From Phycisphaerales bacterium (GTDB lineage: Bacteria > Planctomycetota > Phycisphaerae > Phycisphaerales > UBA1924): DNA of 64,000 bases. The notes under the pieces were generated by a model. It had not been told where the DNA came from. It made no database searches and worked only from the letters and a program-made list of their open reading frames with translations. The stretch spans positions 126,226 to 190,225 of the forward strand of contig JAJDDK010000007.1 in assembly GCA_029260345.1 (NCBI GenBank), written 5' to 3'. This document shows positions 9,356-19,253 of this stretch, piece after piece; within the stretch, counting starts at the first letter, position 1; the number at the start of each line of letters is the position of its first letter. The position numbers and the translations under genes are program-made.

Positions 9356-11581
9356 TTACTGATTTGAGTTCGGCGCCATGGCGCGCCACGCGGCGGCTTC
9401 TTCGGAGCGTCCGACTTTCTCGCAATACGTCACGAGCCGCGACGCCGTCGTCTGGGTGTACCGATGCTCGCGGCCGAGCGCGCCGTCGAGAATGGCGAAT
9501 CCTTCCGATGCTGCTTCGATCGCCTCGTCGTATCTCTCTTCAAGCGCCAGCGCGCCTGCGAGCAGCGACAGGGAAACGCCGATCTCCGGATGATTCGGCT
9601 CAAGGTTCTGGCGCCGAATCGCGAGGACTTCTCGGAGCACACGTTCGGCGTCCTCAGGTTGATTCATTCGGGTGAGCACCAGTCCGTAATTCGACCGCGC
9701 CGTCAACGTGTATGGATGCTCCGCGCCAAATTGGCGCTCGTGCAATGCAACGGACTCTTCAGTTAAGTGGCGGGACGCTTCCATGTCGCCGAGCGATTGC
9801 AATGTCAGCGCCAGGCTCGCGATGGTCGCGAGATTCTCTTCAGATTCATAGGCGTCATTTCGCCGACGCGCCTCCAGCACTTGCTCGAAACAATCGCGCG
9901 CCTGCGCGAAATCGCCAATTCGATACGCGGCGTTGCCAAGAAAGTGCATCCGATCAAGTGTCTGCGGCGCCTCCGCGCCGACTACTCGCTCACTCCGCTC
10001 AACGAGGCCCACCAACATCGCATGCCCCTCGTCGTACCGGCCAAGATCAAGCAGGGCTGCCGCAACCTGCGTTTCAGCTTCAAGGGTCGCCGGATCGTCA
10101 GGCCCGTTCACGACGTGAAGCAATTCCTGCGTGCGTTCAAAAGCCACAAGCGCTTCTTCGTAGCGACCGAGACCGATGTACGCGTCTCCAAGCACTCTCC
10201 GAACCGTTGCTTCGGCGCTCGGACGAAGTTCGCGTTCCGTCCCAAGAGAAGCGGCGATGTCATCGAGCAGCGCACGCACGGTGTAATCATCTTCGGTGTT
10301 CTCGACAGGGTTGGCCGCCGCCATGGCTTCGGTCAAGATCGACAGAATCTCCTGCGCCTCGGCGCGCTCCGCATCCGCCGCTGCCCGAGCCGCCACGGCG
10401 CGATCTAGAAGCACCCCCGTCACGGCGAGCGCTGCAACGAGCACCACAAACACAATCGCGACCGACGACACCAGCGCTCGATTGCGGCGAGAAAACTTGA
10501 CGAGCTGATCCCACGTGCTGGGTGGCCTCGCCAAAATTGGTTTGCTGTTGAGATGCCGCTCGATATCGGCGCCAAGTTCCGCAGCCGACGCGTAGCGCCG
10601 GTCTTTCTCTTTCGCGAGCGCCGTGCGCACAATCGTGTCGATATCGGCGCTCATCGTGTGCGAGAGCGTCCGCAGCGATGTCGGTTCGACTTCACGAACA
10701 AGCCGCGCAGCTTCGTGCAACATCTTCCCGCGCACATCGATCGGAAGCTCGCCGGTCAGTAGTTCGTACGCGATGACGCCGAGGGCGTACACGTCGGATC
10801 GTTCATCAACGGCGCGCGGATCACCGGTGGCCTGCTCCGGGCTCATGTACGCAATCGTGCCCACGAGCTGCCCGGTCTGTGTTTGCAACGTAAATTCCGA
10901 AGTGCCCGGCTCCACCAGTCGCCCAACACCGAAGTCCAGCACTTTGATGCGGCCATCTTTGGTGACAAACACATTGCTTGGCTTCAGATCGCGATGAAGC
11001 ACACCCTGTTCGTGCGCATGCTGAACGGCGGAGCACAATTCGATGATGAGCCGCAACCTCTGCGTCACGGACAATTCATGGCGCTGGGCGAATTCCGTGA
11101 TTGGTTCGCCGTCGACAAGCTCCATCGCAAAGAACGGTCGGGTGACGCCTTCCGCTTCAACACTTCCCGCATCGAAAATCTGCGCGATGCCCGGGTGATG
11201 GAGGCGCGCGAGAAGCTCCGCCTCCCGCGCCAGCCGCCGCGCAGAGACCTCGGAGCCGAAGCCCATCGAAACGACCTTCAGCGCAACAAGACGGCGCGGA
11301 TGTTGCTGTTCGGCGCGGTACACCACACCCATCCCCCCGCTGCCGAGCACGCCGACGATTTGAAAATCACCGATGCGTTCGGGCGGCGATTCAAACGTTG
11401 ATTGCAGAAATCCCGGCGTCTGAAGCGTTTCGAAGTCTTCGCGCAAAAGCTCTTCGACCTCGAACCGGAGCGACTCTTCACCGGCGCAGAGTCGCTGCAA
11501 CGCTTCGTCTTGGTCCGAAGGGTTCAATTCCGCGACTTCATGAAAAATCGCGCGGATCTGTTCGTAGCGTTCCGGCGTCAT
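9356..11581 (-). CDS. Ser/Thr protein kinase with C-terminal TPR-repeat domain
   Basis: Start 'MTPERYEQIRAIFHEV…' is the typical planctomycete STK N-terminus. Kinase subdomains 'GSGGMGVVY', 'ALK', 'HRDLKPSN', 'DFG', 'APE'. Predicted TM segment then TPR repeats. The ATG overlaps the sigma-factor stop (ATGA). Confidence 0.8.
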   Translation of the reverse strand: MTPERYEQIRAIFHEVAELNPSDQDEALQRLCAGEESLRFEVEELLREDFETLQTPGFLQSTFESPPERIGDFQIVGVLGSGGMGVVYRAEQQHPRRLVALKVVSMGFGSEVSARRLAREAELLARLHHPGIAQIFDAGSVEAEGVTRPFFAMELVDGEPITEFAQRHELSVTQRLRLIIELCSAVQHAHEQGVLHRDLKPSNVFVTKDGRIKVLDFGVGRLVEPGTSEFTLQTQTGQLVGTIAYMSPEQATGDPRAVDERSDVYALGVIAYELLTGELPIDVRGKMLHEAARLVREVEPTSLRTLSHTMSADIDTIVRTALAKEKDRRYASAAELGADIERHLNSKPILARPPSTWDQLVKFSRRNRALVSSVAIVFVVLVAALAVTGVLLDRAVAARAAADAERAEAQEILSILTEAMAAANPVENTEDDYTVRALLDDIAASLGTERELRPSAEATVRRVLGDAYIGLGRYEEALVAFERTQELLHVVNGPDDPATLEAETQVAAALLDLGRYDEGHAMLVGLVERSERVVGAEAPQTLDRMHFLGNAAYRIGDFAQARDCFEQVLEARRRNDAYESEENLATIASLALTLQSLGDMEASRHLTEESVALHERQFGAEHPYTLTARSNYGLVLTRMNQPEDAERVLREVLAIRRQNLEPNHPEIGVSLSLLAGALALEERYDEAIEAASEGFAILDGALGREHRYTQTTASRLVTYCEKVGRSEEAAAWRAMAPNSNQ

Positions 11582-12117
11582 TCGTTTGCACCAGTGTGCA
11601 AGCGCTGCTTCAGCCACGCTCTCGCCATGCGCCAGTCAAGTTGCACCGTGCGTGCAGAGACGTCCAGCGCGCGGGCCGTTTCTTCGACCGTCATGCCGGC
11701 CAGGAACCGGCATTCCACAATGCGGCTCTGGCGCTCATTCAATCGTTCGAGTTCCGCAAGCGCATCAGCCAGATCGATGGCGTCGGCGCCATCAAGCCCT
11801 GCTGCGCTTTGAGCCGCGCCGGTGAGTGTGACACGTGCGTAGTCGCCACCCCGCTTGTGCGTTCGCGCGGCGTTCGCGTGATTGATCAGCACTTGGCGCA
11901 TGGCGCGGGCCGCCGTCGCCAGGAAGTGCTCGCGATCGACAAAATCATGCTTGTTGGCAAGCTTGAGGTACGCCTCGTGCACCAAGGCGGTTGGTTGCAG
12001 CGTGTGATTGGCGTGCTGATTCTGAAAGATGGCGCCTGCGAGCGCGCGGAGCTCCTCGTACACGGCCGCCGTGTCGGAATGAGACTCCCCCGGCGATTCT
12101 GAACGCCTCTCGTTCAT
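11578..12117 (-). CDS. ECF-type RNA polymerase sigma factor (Rhodopirellula/planctomycete subtype)
   Basis: Region-4 HTH 'LNERQSRIVECRFLAGMTVEETARALDVSARTVQLDWRMARAWL'. Region-2-like 'ALVHEAYLKL'. Stop overlaps the kinase start codon. Confidence 0.8.
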   Translation of the reverse strand: MNERRSESPGESHSDTAAVYEELRALAGAIFQNQHANHTLQPTALVHEAYLKLANKHDFVDREHFLATAARAMRQVLINHANAARTHKRGGDYARVTLTGAAQSAAGLDGADAIDLADALAELERLNERQSRIVECRFLAGMTVEETARALDVSARTVQLDWRMARAWLKQRLHTGANE

Positions 12118-12183
12118 GCCGAGTGCGATCGTACCCCGGTTGAGGGCGCGGCGGATCTATTCGTGGAAATTTCGGCGCGAGGC

Positions 12184-12960
12184 TCAGCTCCAGTTCGCCA
12201 GAAGCGCCGCGAGGTCCGAGCCGTTCACCACACCATCGCCGTTGAGGTCCGTCACTCCGGCGCCGCCCCACTGTGAGAGCATCGTCGCAAGATCCGAACC
12301 GTTCACAATCGCATCACCGTTGAAATCGCCAACGATCAGTTCAAGCTGCACACCATTGAGCGCGGCGCCGTCAAGCTCATCAGCGCCGGGCACGATGCCG
12401 GAGTGCGTATTCAAACGACCGTCAGCGCCGACCACTGCGATGTGCTGCGAGAACGTGACGAACTTTTCGTGCTGGCCCGGCCAGGCGCCGCCGATGATCT
12501 GCGCGCCTTCGGCCGATTGATCCACCGTTGCATACGACATTGTCGCTGGCGCGCCGGGAATCCAGCAGTACTGGGTTACGATGTATGTGCCGGGCTGAAG
12601 TTGCTTGAAGAACAGACACGTTTCGAGACCGTCGTTGAAGGTCACGAGGTAGTCATCAAGAAGCGTCTCGTCGTCACCGATGGTCGCCGGGTCGTTGGTG
12701 GACTCCAGCGCAGTGCCGCCGATGTTGCTCACGACGACCAATGTGGGATTGCCATTGAGGTCCAGGAGCGAGAAGTTGCCCGCGCCGTGCGCTGGATGCA
12801 TTGAATTCCAGAAGCCGGTCTGATCGGCGGCGCCTGCATACGTTGAGCTTGGCCCGGCGCCCGCACTGCTGAAATCAATGTTGAACGATTGGGCGTTGGC
12901 CGCCGCAGCGAACATGCCTGAAGTCAGGGTGATGCTGATGAAAAGATTTTGCAGCTTCAT
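12184..12960 (-). CDS. Small secreted protein with C-terminal dockerin-like domain
   Basis: Signal peptide 'MKLQNLFISITLTSGMFAAAANA'. Ends 'DFNGDAIVNGSDLATMLSQWGGAGVTDLNGDGVVNGSDLAALLANWS'. Confidence 0.6.
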   Translation of the reverse strand: MKLQNLFISITLTSGMFAAAANAQSFNIDFSSAGAGPSSTYAGAADQTGFWNSMHPAHGAGNFSLLDLNGNPTLVVVSNIGGTALESTNDPATIGDDETLLDDYLVTFNDGLETCLFFKQLQPGTYIVTQYCWIPGAPATMSYATVDQSAEGAQIIGGAWPGQHEKFVTFSQHIAVVGADGRLNTHSGIVPGADELDGAALNGVQLELIVGDFNGDAIVNGSDLATMLSQWGGAGVTDLNGDGVVNGSDLAALLANWS

Positions 12961-13156
12961 CGTCCGGGCTCCCTTTCAATCGAAGATTCGGACCGCCCCC
13001 CGAACTGTCGCGTCATGGCGAACGCACGATGGCGCCGTCGCACTTGGCTTTTCACGCAATCAAGATTCCGATCGAACATCGCGTGAACGATCTATAAAGT
13101 CTAATCGACGCAGCTGAGAGTCGGCATAGAGTCATTTCCCTAAACAGGAGAGCCGC

Positions 13157-13894
13157 ATGCTCAATCGAATCGAAGACCTGGGTGAAGATGTTGTTGGGTT
13201 CGAAGCCGAAGGCGTGGTCACGGCGAAGGACTACGAAGAGCACCTTGTGCCCGCGATCGAGCACGTCATCGAGAGCGGCGTTCAACCGCGCCTGCTGTAT
13301 GTGCTGGGGCCGTCTTTTGAGCGGTTTGATATTGGCGCCGCTTTCGCAGACGCCAAAGTCGGGCTCAGTCATTTCTCGGATTTCGAGCGCATCGCCGTGG
13401 TCACCGATCGCGACTGGATCGAACATGCCGTGCGCGCGTTCGGCGTATTGACGCCAAGCCCCGTGCGCACATTTGAGTATGAATCGCTCGACGACGCCAA
13501 GGCATGGGTGAGTGACCACATCAAAAACGAATTTCAACTTGAAGTTGAACGCGACGGGGACACAGCGCACATCCACGTCAAGCTGCAGGGCTCCCTCGAT
13601 CGCAAAGCCGAGGACGAACTCATCAGCGCCGTCAAAGCAGGCATCGGCGACGCCGCCGAAGTGCGTGTGCTGGTGGAAGCGTCAGACTTCCACGGCTGGA
13701 GCGACCTGCGCGCCCTCTGGCAGCACATCCGATTCATCGCCGGCCAGCGCGCCAAGCTCGAACGCGTGGCCATCGTCGGCGATCGAACCTGGCAACGCCG
13801 CCTCGCGGCGTCCGCAAAGCACATTCTGCGACTCGAAGCACGCTTCTTCGATGAGGGGAAGCTCCGTGAAGCGCAAGCATGGTTGAAAGGGTGA
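13157..13894 (+). CDS. SpoIIAA-like/STAS-domain protein (two tandem STAS-like halves)
   Basis: AGGAGAG SD before ATG 13157. Two internally repeated ~115-aa halves ('…FERFDIGAAFADAKVGLSHFSDFERIAVVTDRDWIEH…' and '…LRALWQHIRFIAGQRAKLERVAIVGDRTWQRR…') match the SpoIIAA-like/DUF3478 fold family. Confidence 0.55.
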   Translation: MLNRIEDLGEDVVGFEAEGVVTAKDYEEHLVPAIEHVIESGVQPRLLYVLGPSFERFDIGAAFADAKVGLSHFSDFERIAVVTDRDWIEHAVRAFGVLTPSPVRTFEYESLDDAKAWVSDHIKNEFQLEVERDGDTAHIHVKLQGSLDRKAEDELISAVKAGIGDAAEVRVLVEASDFHGWSDLRALWQHIRFIAGQRAKLERVAIVGDRTWQRRLAASAKHILRLEARFFDEGKLREAQAWLKG

Positions 13895-13944
13895 GCCGTG
13901 TCTCACGGCGATGGCAACAAGAACGTGTCACAAGAAAAAGGAAA

Positions 13945-14018
13945 TGGGCGATACTGGACTTGAACCAGTGACCTCCTCGATGTCAACGAGGCGCGCTAGC
14001 CAACTGCGCCAATCGCCC
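13945..14018 (-). tRNA. tRNA-Val (anticodon GAC)
   Basis: Manual fold of the reverse complement: 7-bp acceptor GGGCGAU/AUCGCCC, D-stem GCGC/GCGC with GG in the loop, anticodon stem CCUCG/CGAGG with loop UUGACAU (anticodon GAC), T-stem ACUGG/CCAGU with loop UUCAAGU, discriminator A. CCA is not encoded. Confidence 0.85.
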
Positions 14019-14282
14019 TGATGGTCCCGGGCGGGGGTATGCCCGACCGGGGGCGAAAGTATACCGGGCCGACCGGGGGAAGCCAGCGGGAGATTTCTCG
14101 ATGTTGGGGTCGCGGCAGCGCCGCCAGGGGTCGTTGATTGAATCAGCGTGGATGGCTCCGGGGAGGATTTTTTGCACATCTGCGGCGACCACTTGGCGAT
14201 CAAGTGCAGCGCCGCGCGGCATGCGATGGTCTCGCCGTCCTTGCCTGCTTCCCAGGATTCGAAGCGAGCCACTTCCAGCAAT

Positions 14283-17111
14283 TCAGTTTGCTTTGAGCAG
14301 CGCAGGCCAATTCAAGACGAGACGAACGCTGGAGCTGGTCGTCTCGGCAACTTCGGTGTTGACGGCGAAGGATTCCTCATTCGGAAAGACATCGAACTCC
14401 ATGCTTTCGTCGTACTGATAGTCGAAGAGGGCTCGTCCGCTGTCGTGCACGAAGCCGCCGCGCTCTTCGCGCCAGGTGACGGCGATGAGGCTGTTGCTGC
14501 TCGAGACGTAGTACAGCGTTTCGCCGAGTTCCCCCCATTGCGGCATCTGTCCGCCTGAGAGTGATACGCGCCATCGCGCATCAGGCGCGGGCGCTGGAAG
14601 GCCCTCGGCACGCTCGCGCTCCCATCCGAACTGGAAGGGAACGACATACACCTGGCGCTGGCCCGATTCCATTCCCGTGTACGCAAGCCATTTGCCGTCG
14701 GGGGAGACGCGACCGTATCCCTGCTCATTCGGCGCGACGATGAGCTCAACTATCTCGCCGCCTTCGGCAGGGACGGCGACGATGTCGGCCTCGCCGGCAG
14801 AGATGAACGATCCCCGATGGCAAATGATCCACTTTCCGTCGCGTGTCCAATCTGTTGGCTGAAGGCTGGTTTCAACGGATGTTGCAGGGACTAGTAATCG
14901 CTCGGCGCCACCGGCGACACGACGAACGAGCAGCCCGCTATTTCTGCCACCCGACGCAAAGAGTCGGCCATACGCGATGTGCTCCCCATCAGGCGACCAG
15001 ACGGGAGAGACCTCTGAGCCAGCCTCGAAGGTGATGCGCCGAGCAGCGCGGTCGGTGCTTGGCACTACTCCGTCCAGAGTCGACCAATCGGTTTCTTCGG
15101 TGTAGACCTGGTAGACCCAAATGTCGAACGTCGATTCGGATTGGTCGTTGGGGCGCCGCCCGCTAATGGCGACGCGGAGACCATCGGGTGAAATCGCAAG
15201 GCTGTTCTGGAGCATGTCCTCGACGAATGTCAGTCGCGGGCGTCCATCGGCCGTGATGGTTGTTGCGCCGGTGACTTCGCCGATGCCAGGTATGAGCGCC
15301 ACCGAATTCTCTCTTTGTCGCGCCGGATCGACTCCAATGTGAACGAGCCGCCCCGTTTCCGACGCGCTGAATGCGTTGTGCCAGGTTGAGCGGTCGCCCG
15401 TGACGCCATGCACGATCGGGACTGGATCACCGGTGATGACGCCGGAGTCAATGTCAACCGGCGCGGCGACGATGGCGTCGTTGCGAAGGAAGAGAAGCTG
15501 GTCGCCGACGATCTGTCCGCCGAACGGCGATGAAATGAGTTGGGTGTTCACAGTTCCATCGAGCGAACCGAGATAGATCGCATCACTCTCACTGCGGTCG
15601 GGGTCATGGCTGACCGCGATGTAGATGAAGCGGTCGGTCCCAGCAATGGGCATGGGCCATCGATGGCTGGTGTGCCGAGTTGCATCCACGAGGGTGAGGG
15701 GCGTTGGCTCGCCGCCGCTGGCAGAGACTTTGAAGAGGCCCGTCTGATAGGAAGGACTGAAGACAATGGTGTCTCCGTCGAGCCACGCGCCGCCGCGACC
15801 GCCGCTCGCTTCGCACAGGGTCCGAACCATGCCGGTCGCAAGATCGAGCCGGCAAAGCCGGGATTCAGCGAAAAAAGCAATGGAGCGGCTGTCTGGGGAC
15901 CAGAAAGGAAAGATCGCACGGTTGGCGCCTGCGAGGCGCCGCGCGTCCGCGCTCTGAAGGTCGCGCAGCCAAAGCCATTGTTCGCCCGATTCGTCGCGTG
16001 CGGCAAAAACAATGCGCGACCCATCCGGCGAAATTGTGGCGGGGCCGGCCAGATCGCCATAGCCAATGAACCGAGTCTGAGGCGCGGGCTCAAGTGATGC
16101 GAAGACGACGTCTTCGATTGACGCCGGCCTCATGAACCGCGTGGCGACAACCGCGCCGGCAACACCTAGCGCCGCAGCGAGGAATGCGACAACCACCATC
16201 GCTACGACGGGAGTGCGGCTGGCTGAGTTTTCAAAGAGCGCCTCGGCAGGTCGCTGCAACTCAATGCGCGCTTCTCCTATTGCCTGGAGGCGCTCGCGCC
16301 GATCGCGCACAAGGCATCGCTCAATCACGCGGCGCACATTCGTCGGTGTTGCGGGCGGCAAACGGTCGACATCAATTTCTTTATGAAGCACAGCGCCGAT
16401 CGAGTCGCTGATCGTTTCGCCGTGAAAAGGCGAAACGCCGGTGAGCATCTCATAGAGCACCACGCCGAAGGACCAGATATCGGTTCGCTTGTCGACTTTC
16501 CTGCCGCGCGCCTGCTCGGGGCTCATGTAGGCGGCGGTGCCGAGGATCACGCCGGGAATGGTCGGTGAATGACGCGCCGGTGAAGTCAGCGTCGGGCTCT
16601 GGCTCAAGGCCGTTGCGGAGGAACTTGATTCCTCATCTGTGCGCGCCAAGCCAAAGTCGAGAACCTTCGCTTGACCATCCGGCGTGATGATGATGTTGCC
16701 GGGCTTCAGATCACGATGAATGACGCCCGCTTCGTGCGCGGCCTCCACGCCTGACGCAATCTGCACGGCGATTTCCAGAGCTTCGTCAAGGGGGAGCGAA
16801 CCACGGTCGATGCGATCTGCAAGGGTCTCGCCTTCGACGAACTCCAGGACGAGGTATCGCGCGCCATCGAGTTCTTCGACACCATAAATCCCGGCAATGT
16901 TCGGATGATTGAGCGATGCGAGCGTTCGAGCCTCGCGCTCAAAGCGCGCCAAACGATCCGGATCGTGGGCGAGGAGCTCAGGCATGGCCTTGATAGCCAC
17001 TGCCCGGTCAAGACGCGTATCACGGGCGAGGTAGACGACGCCCATGCCGCCGCGACCGATTTCTCGATCGATGACAACAGAGCCGATTTGTGCGCCGGGG
17101 GACAAACTCAC
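14283..17111 (-). CDS. Ser/Thr protein kinase fused to TolB-like/PD40 WD40-type beta-propeller domain
   Basis: GTG start. Kinase motifs 'GRGGMGVVY', 'HRDLKPGN', 'DFG', 'SPE'. Central TM segment. The C-terminal ~600 aa carry repeated 'SPDG…IAF/VSPDGKWLAY' PD40-like blades. Confidence 0.8.
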   Translation of the reverse strand: MSLSPGAQIGSVVIDREIGRGGMGVVYLARDTRLDRAVAIKAMPELLAHDPDRLARFEREARTLASLNHPNIAGIYGVEELDGARYLVLEFVEGETLADRIDRGSLPLDEALEIAVQIASGVEAAHEAGVIHRDLKPGNIIITPDGQAKVLDFGLARTDEESSSSATALSQSPTLTSPARHSPTIPGVILGTAAYMSPEQARGRKVDKRTDIWSFGVVLYEMLTGVSPFHGETISDSIGAVLHKEIDVDRLPPATPTNVRRVIERCLVRDRRERLQAIGEARIELQRPAEALFENSASRTPVVAMVVVAFLAAALGVAGAVVATRFMRPASIEDVVFASLEPAPQTRFIGYGDLAGPATISPDGSRIVFAARDESGEQWLWLRDLQSADARRLAGANRAIFPFWSPDSRSIAFFAESRLCRLDLATGMVRTLCEASGGRGGAWLDGDTIVFSPSYQTGLFKVSASGGEPTPLTLVDATRHTSHRWPMPIAGTDRFIYIAVSHDPDRSESDAIYLGSLDGTVNTQLISSPFGGQIVGDQLLFLRNDAIVAAPVDIDSGVITGDPVPIVHGVTGDRSTWHNAFSASETGRLVHIGVDPARQRENSVALIPGIGEVTGATTITADGRPRLTFVEDMLQNSLAISPDGLRVAISGRRPNDQSESTFDIWVYQVYTEETDWSTLDGVVPSTDRAARRITFEAGSEVSPVWSPDGEHIAYGRLFASGGRNSGLLVRRVAGGAERLLVPATSVETSLQPTDWTRDGKWIICHRGSFISAGEADIVAVPAEGGEIVELIVAPNEQGYGRVSPDGKWLAYTGMESGQRQVYVVPFQFGWERERAEGLPAPAPDARWRVSLSGGQMPQWGELGETLYYVSSSNSLIAVTWREERGGFVHDSGRALFDYQYDESMEFDVFPNEESFAVNTEVAETTSSSVRLVLNWPALLKAN

Positions 17112-17144
17112 CCGGCCATCGTACAGAATTGACTTCGATAAGAA

Positions 17145-17176
17145 GTGGTCCGCCGGGGGGAAATCCGGCGGACCAC
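17145..17176 (-). terminator. Putative terminator hairpin downstream of metalloprotease gene
   Basis: 12-bp stem 'gtggtccgccgg/ccggcggaccac' with loop ggggaaat. On the minus transcript it is followed by 'uucuuaucg'. Confidence 0.35.
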
Positions 17177-17222
17177 TGGATTGACTTCTCTTCTATTTAC
17201 TGATCCGAATGCAGGAACGCGG

Positions 17223-19052
17223 TCAGCTCCAGTTCGCAAGCAGCGCGGCGAGGTCGGCGCCGTTCACGATGCCATCGCCGTTGAGGTCCGCGGCGGCGTT
17301 GCCGCTTCCCCATGCCGCGAGCAGCGCGGCGAGGTCCGCGCCATTGACGATGCCGTCGTTGTTGAGGTCGCCGGGGATGGTGTTCACCGAGATCCAAACC
17401 GCCGGCGCGTGATTGGCGTCGTGCTTTGCCTTCAGGAAGTCATAACCATGACCATCAGCGCCAAAGACACCGGGCGGAAGCGGCAAATCAAGTGAGAAGG
17501 CGCCGTCCCCGTCCACAATGATTTGTGCGACGGGATCGTCGTTGATGGTCAGATCAATGGTTTCACCCGGCGTGAAGTGATCGCCTTCCACCTGAATCAC
17601 TTCGCCGATCTGCGCGGCGCCGGGTGCGGTGATCGTCGGTCGCTCATTGTCCATGCAGAAAACGACATCAAAGAATGAATCAAGCGGGCCTGGCGGTGGC
17701 GGCGGAAACTGCGGGCTATCCGTGCCGTACACCGAGAATGAAATCTGTTCCTTCGGATGTGGATCGCCGCGACCGGTGGCGCCGGGGATGTTAAAGAGGT
17801 CCGGCTGGCCGTGAACAAATTCGACCTGGTAGCTCAGACTTGACGACGATGCGACGGCGGAAACCCGCGAACCGAGTTCGAAACCGTCGATCATCCAGTC
17901 AGGCGGACCGACGGAAATGCTAAGCGGCGTTTCTTCACCGTTCTCAAGATTGGAAAGTGTGGCCGTGCCGGTTGCGAGCGTTGTGTCCAGCGCCACCGTG
18001 ATGAGCCATTCGACACCGACGAACGGGCCGACATTGACGCCGGTCGCGTCATCATCGTCCGCGTTGATGGCGTGATAGATGAAGTAGAGCGACGGGCCTT
18101 CGGTCGATTCTTCATCGCCGTCTTCATCCCAGCATTTCAGCAGGCCGCCGAGGTCGTATTTCTTTGCGATTTCGGGATCGGGCGGCTGTGTCGGATCGCC
18201 GAGATCATCGGCGGTGCAGCGCAGTGAAACCCAGATTGGGCTTTTCGCAGGCCCGTCTGGACCAGGGTCTTGCGTGATGGGGCCAGTGGCGGAACCGATG
18301 CCGCGCGGCTTTTCTTTTTTCGGCTCTTCGTCTGATTCACCAGCGACGACTTCGGTTCCAACTTTCGCGGCGCCCTTGCGGATCATCTCTTTCTGTTCGT
18401 CCGTGAGTTTCAGATCACTGCCGTCCTTCGCTTCCCAGAACATCAGGTTGTCAGCGCTGGCGGGATCGGTGAGATCATCAAGCCAGCCCAGTGCGTGCCC
18501 GACTTCGTGCGCGAGCGTTTCGCCCTCATCATGCGGGATCGCCGGGTTTGACTTCACGATGCCGACCCACGGCGAGCACTTGCGTGCGAGACCAGCCCCG
18601 TCGGTCACGCCTCCGTACTCGATGCTCTTTGCAAAAGTGATTTTCAATCCGGTGCGCGGCCCTCCGAGGCCGTCGAGACCGGTCACTTCATCAACGCCTT
18701 CGTTGTGCGCCTGTTCGACTTCATCGCCTTGCAACATCGCATCCATATCCGCGTTGCTGGCGTCGTTCACGTTGTAATAGATTGATTCGCGCGTGAGCGT
18801 CACGCCTGCCTGCTTGAGCACTTCGTTGGCGCGCTTCAGCGCCGCCTCCACCAAGTCAAACATTTCCTCGTCAGTGCAGCCAATGCCCTTGAGGACGTTG
18901 ATCACCACCGGGACGTTGATCTTGGTTTGCTCCGCTTGCGGCTGCTTGCTGCCTTCGGCGCTCTTGGCGCCTGCGAATGACTGGGCGGCGCCGCTAGCCG
19001 CGACGATTGTTGCGGCGAGGATCATCAATACTCGAACATTGCCATTCTTCAT
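17223..19052 (-). CDS. Secreted zinc metalloprotease (HExxHxxGxxD, snapalysin/M7-like metzincin motif) with C-terminal dockerin-like domain
   Basis: GAGGA SD before ATG 19052. Signal peptide. 'HEVGHALGWLDD'. Ends 'DLNNDGIVNGADLAALLAAWGSGNAAADLNGDGIVNGADLAALLANWS'. Confidence 0.7.
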   Translation of the reverse strand: MKNGNVRVLMILAATIVAASGAAQSFAGAKSAEGSKQPQAEQTKINVPVVINVLKGIGCTDEEMFDLVEAALKRANEVLKQAGVTLTRESIYYNVNDASNADMDAMLQGDEVEQAHNEGVDEVTGLDGLGGPRTGLKITFAKSIEYGGVTDGAGLARKCSPWVGIVKSNPAIPHDEGETLAHEVGHALGWLDDLTDPASADNLMFWEAKDGSDLKLTDEQKEMIRKGAAKVGTEVVAGESDEEPKKEKPRGIGSATGPITQDPGPDGPAKSPIWVSLRCTADDLGDPTQPPDPEIAKKYDLGGLLKCWDEDGDEESTEGPSLYFIYHAINADDDDATGVNVGPFVGVEWLITVALDTTLATGTATLSNLENGEETPLSISVGPPDWMIDGFELGSRVSAVASSSSLSYQVEFVHGQPDLFNIPGATGRGDPHPKEQISFSVYGTDSPQFPPPPPGPLDSFFDVVFCMDNERPTITAPGAAQIGEVIQVEGDHFTPGETIDLTINDDPVAQIIVDGDGAFSLDLPLPPGVFGADGHGYDFLKAKHDANHAPAVWISVNTIPGDLNNDGIVNGADLAALLAAWGSGNAAADLNGDGIVNGADLAALLANWS

Positions 19053-19253
19053 TTTTCAATTCCTCATAGGTGGCGGACTCGGCGCCGCCGCGACCCCACA
19101 ATCGCGGCGCTGACGCCGAACCACGCGGGACCGCGGCGACGGACGACCGACGGGACTCAAGCCGTCCGCCGCCTTCGATCCCCTCCCCTTCACAGAAGAT
19201 GAGCGTTGAATGGCGGTCCGGCGGGCGGAATCCGGCGCGGAATTTTCAAAAAG

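Noticed and set aside
13928-14281. 117-aa minus ORF overlapping tRNA-Val
   Set aside because: It overlaps a well-folded tRNA and has no coding signal.
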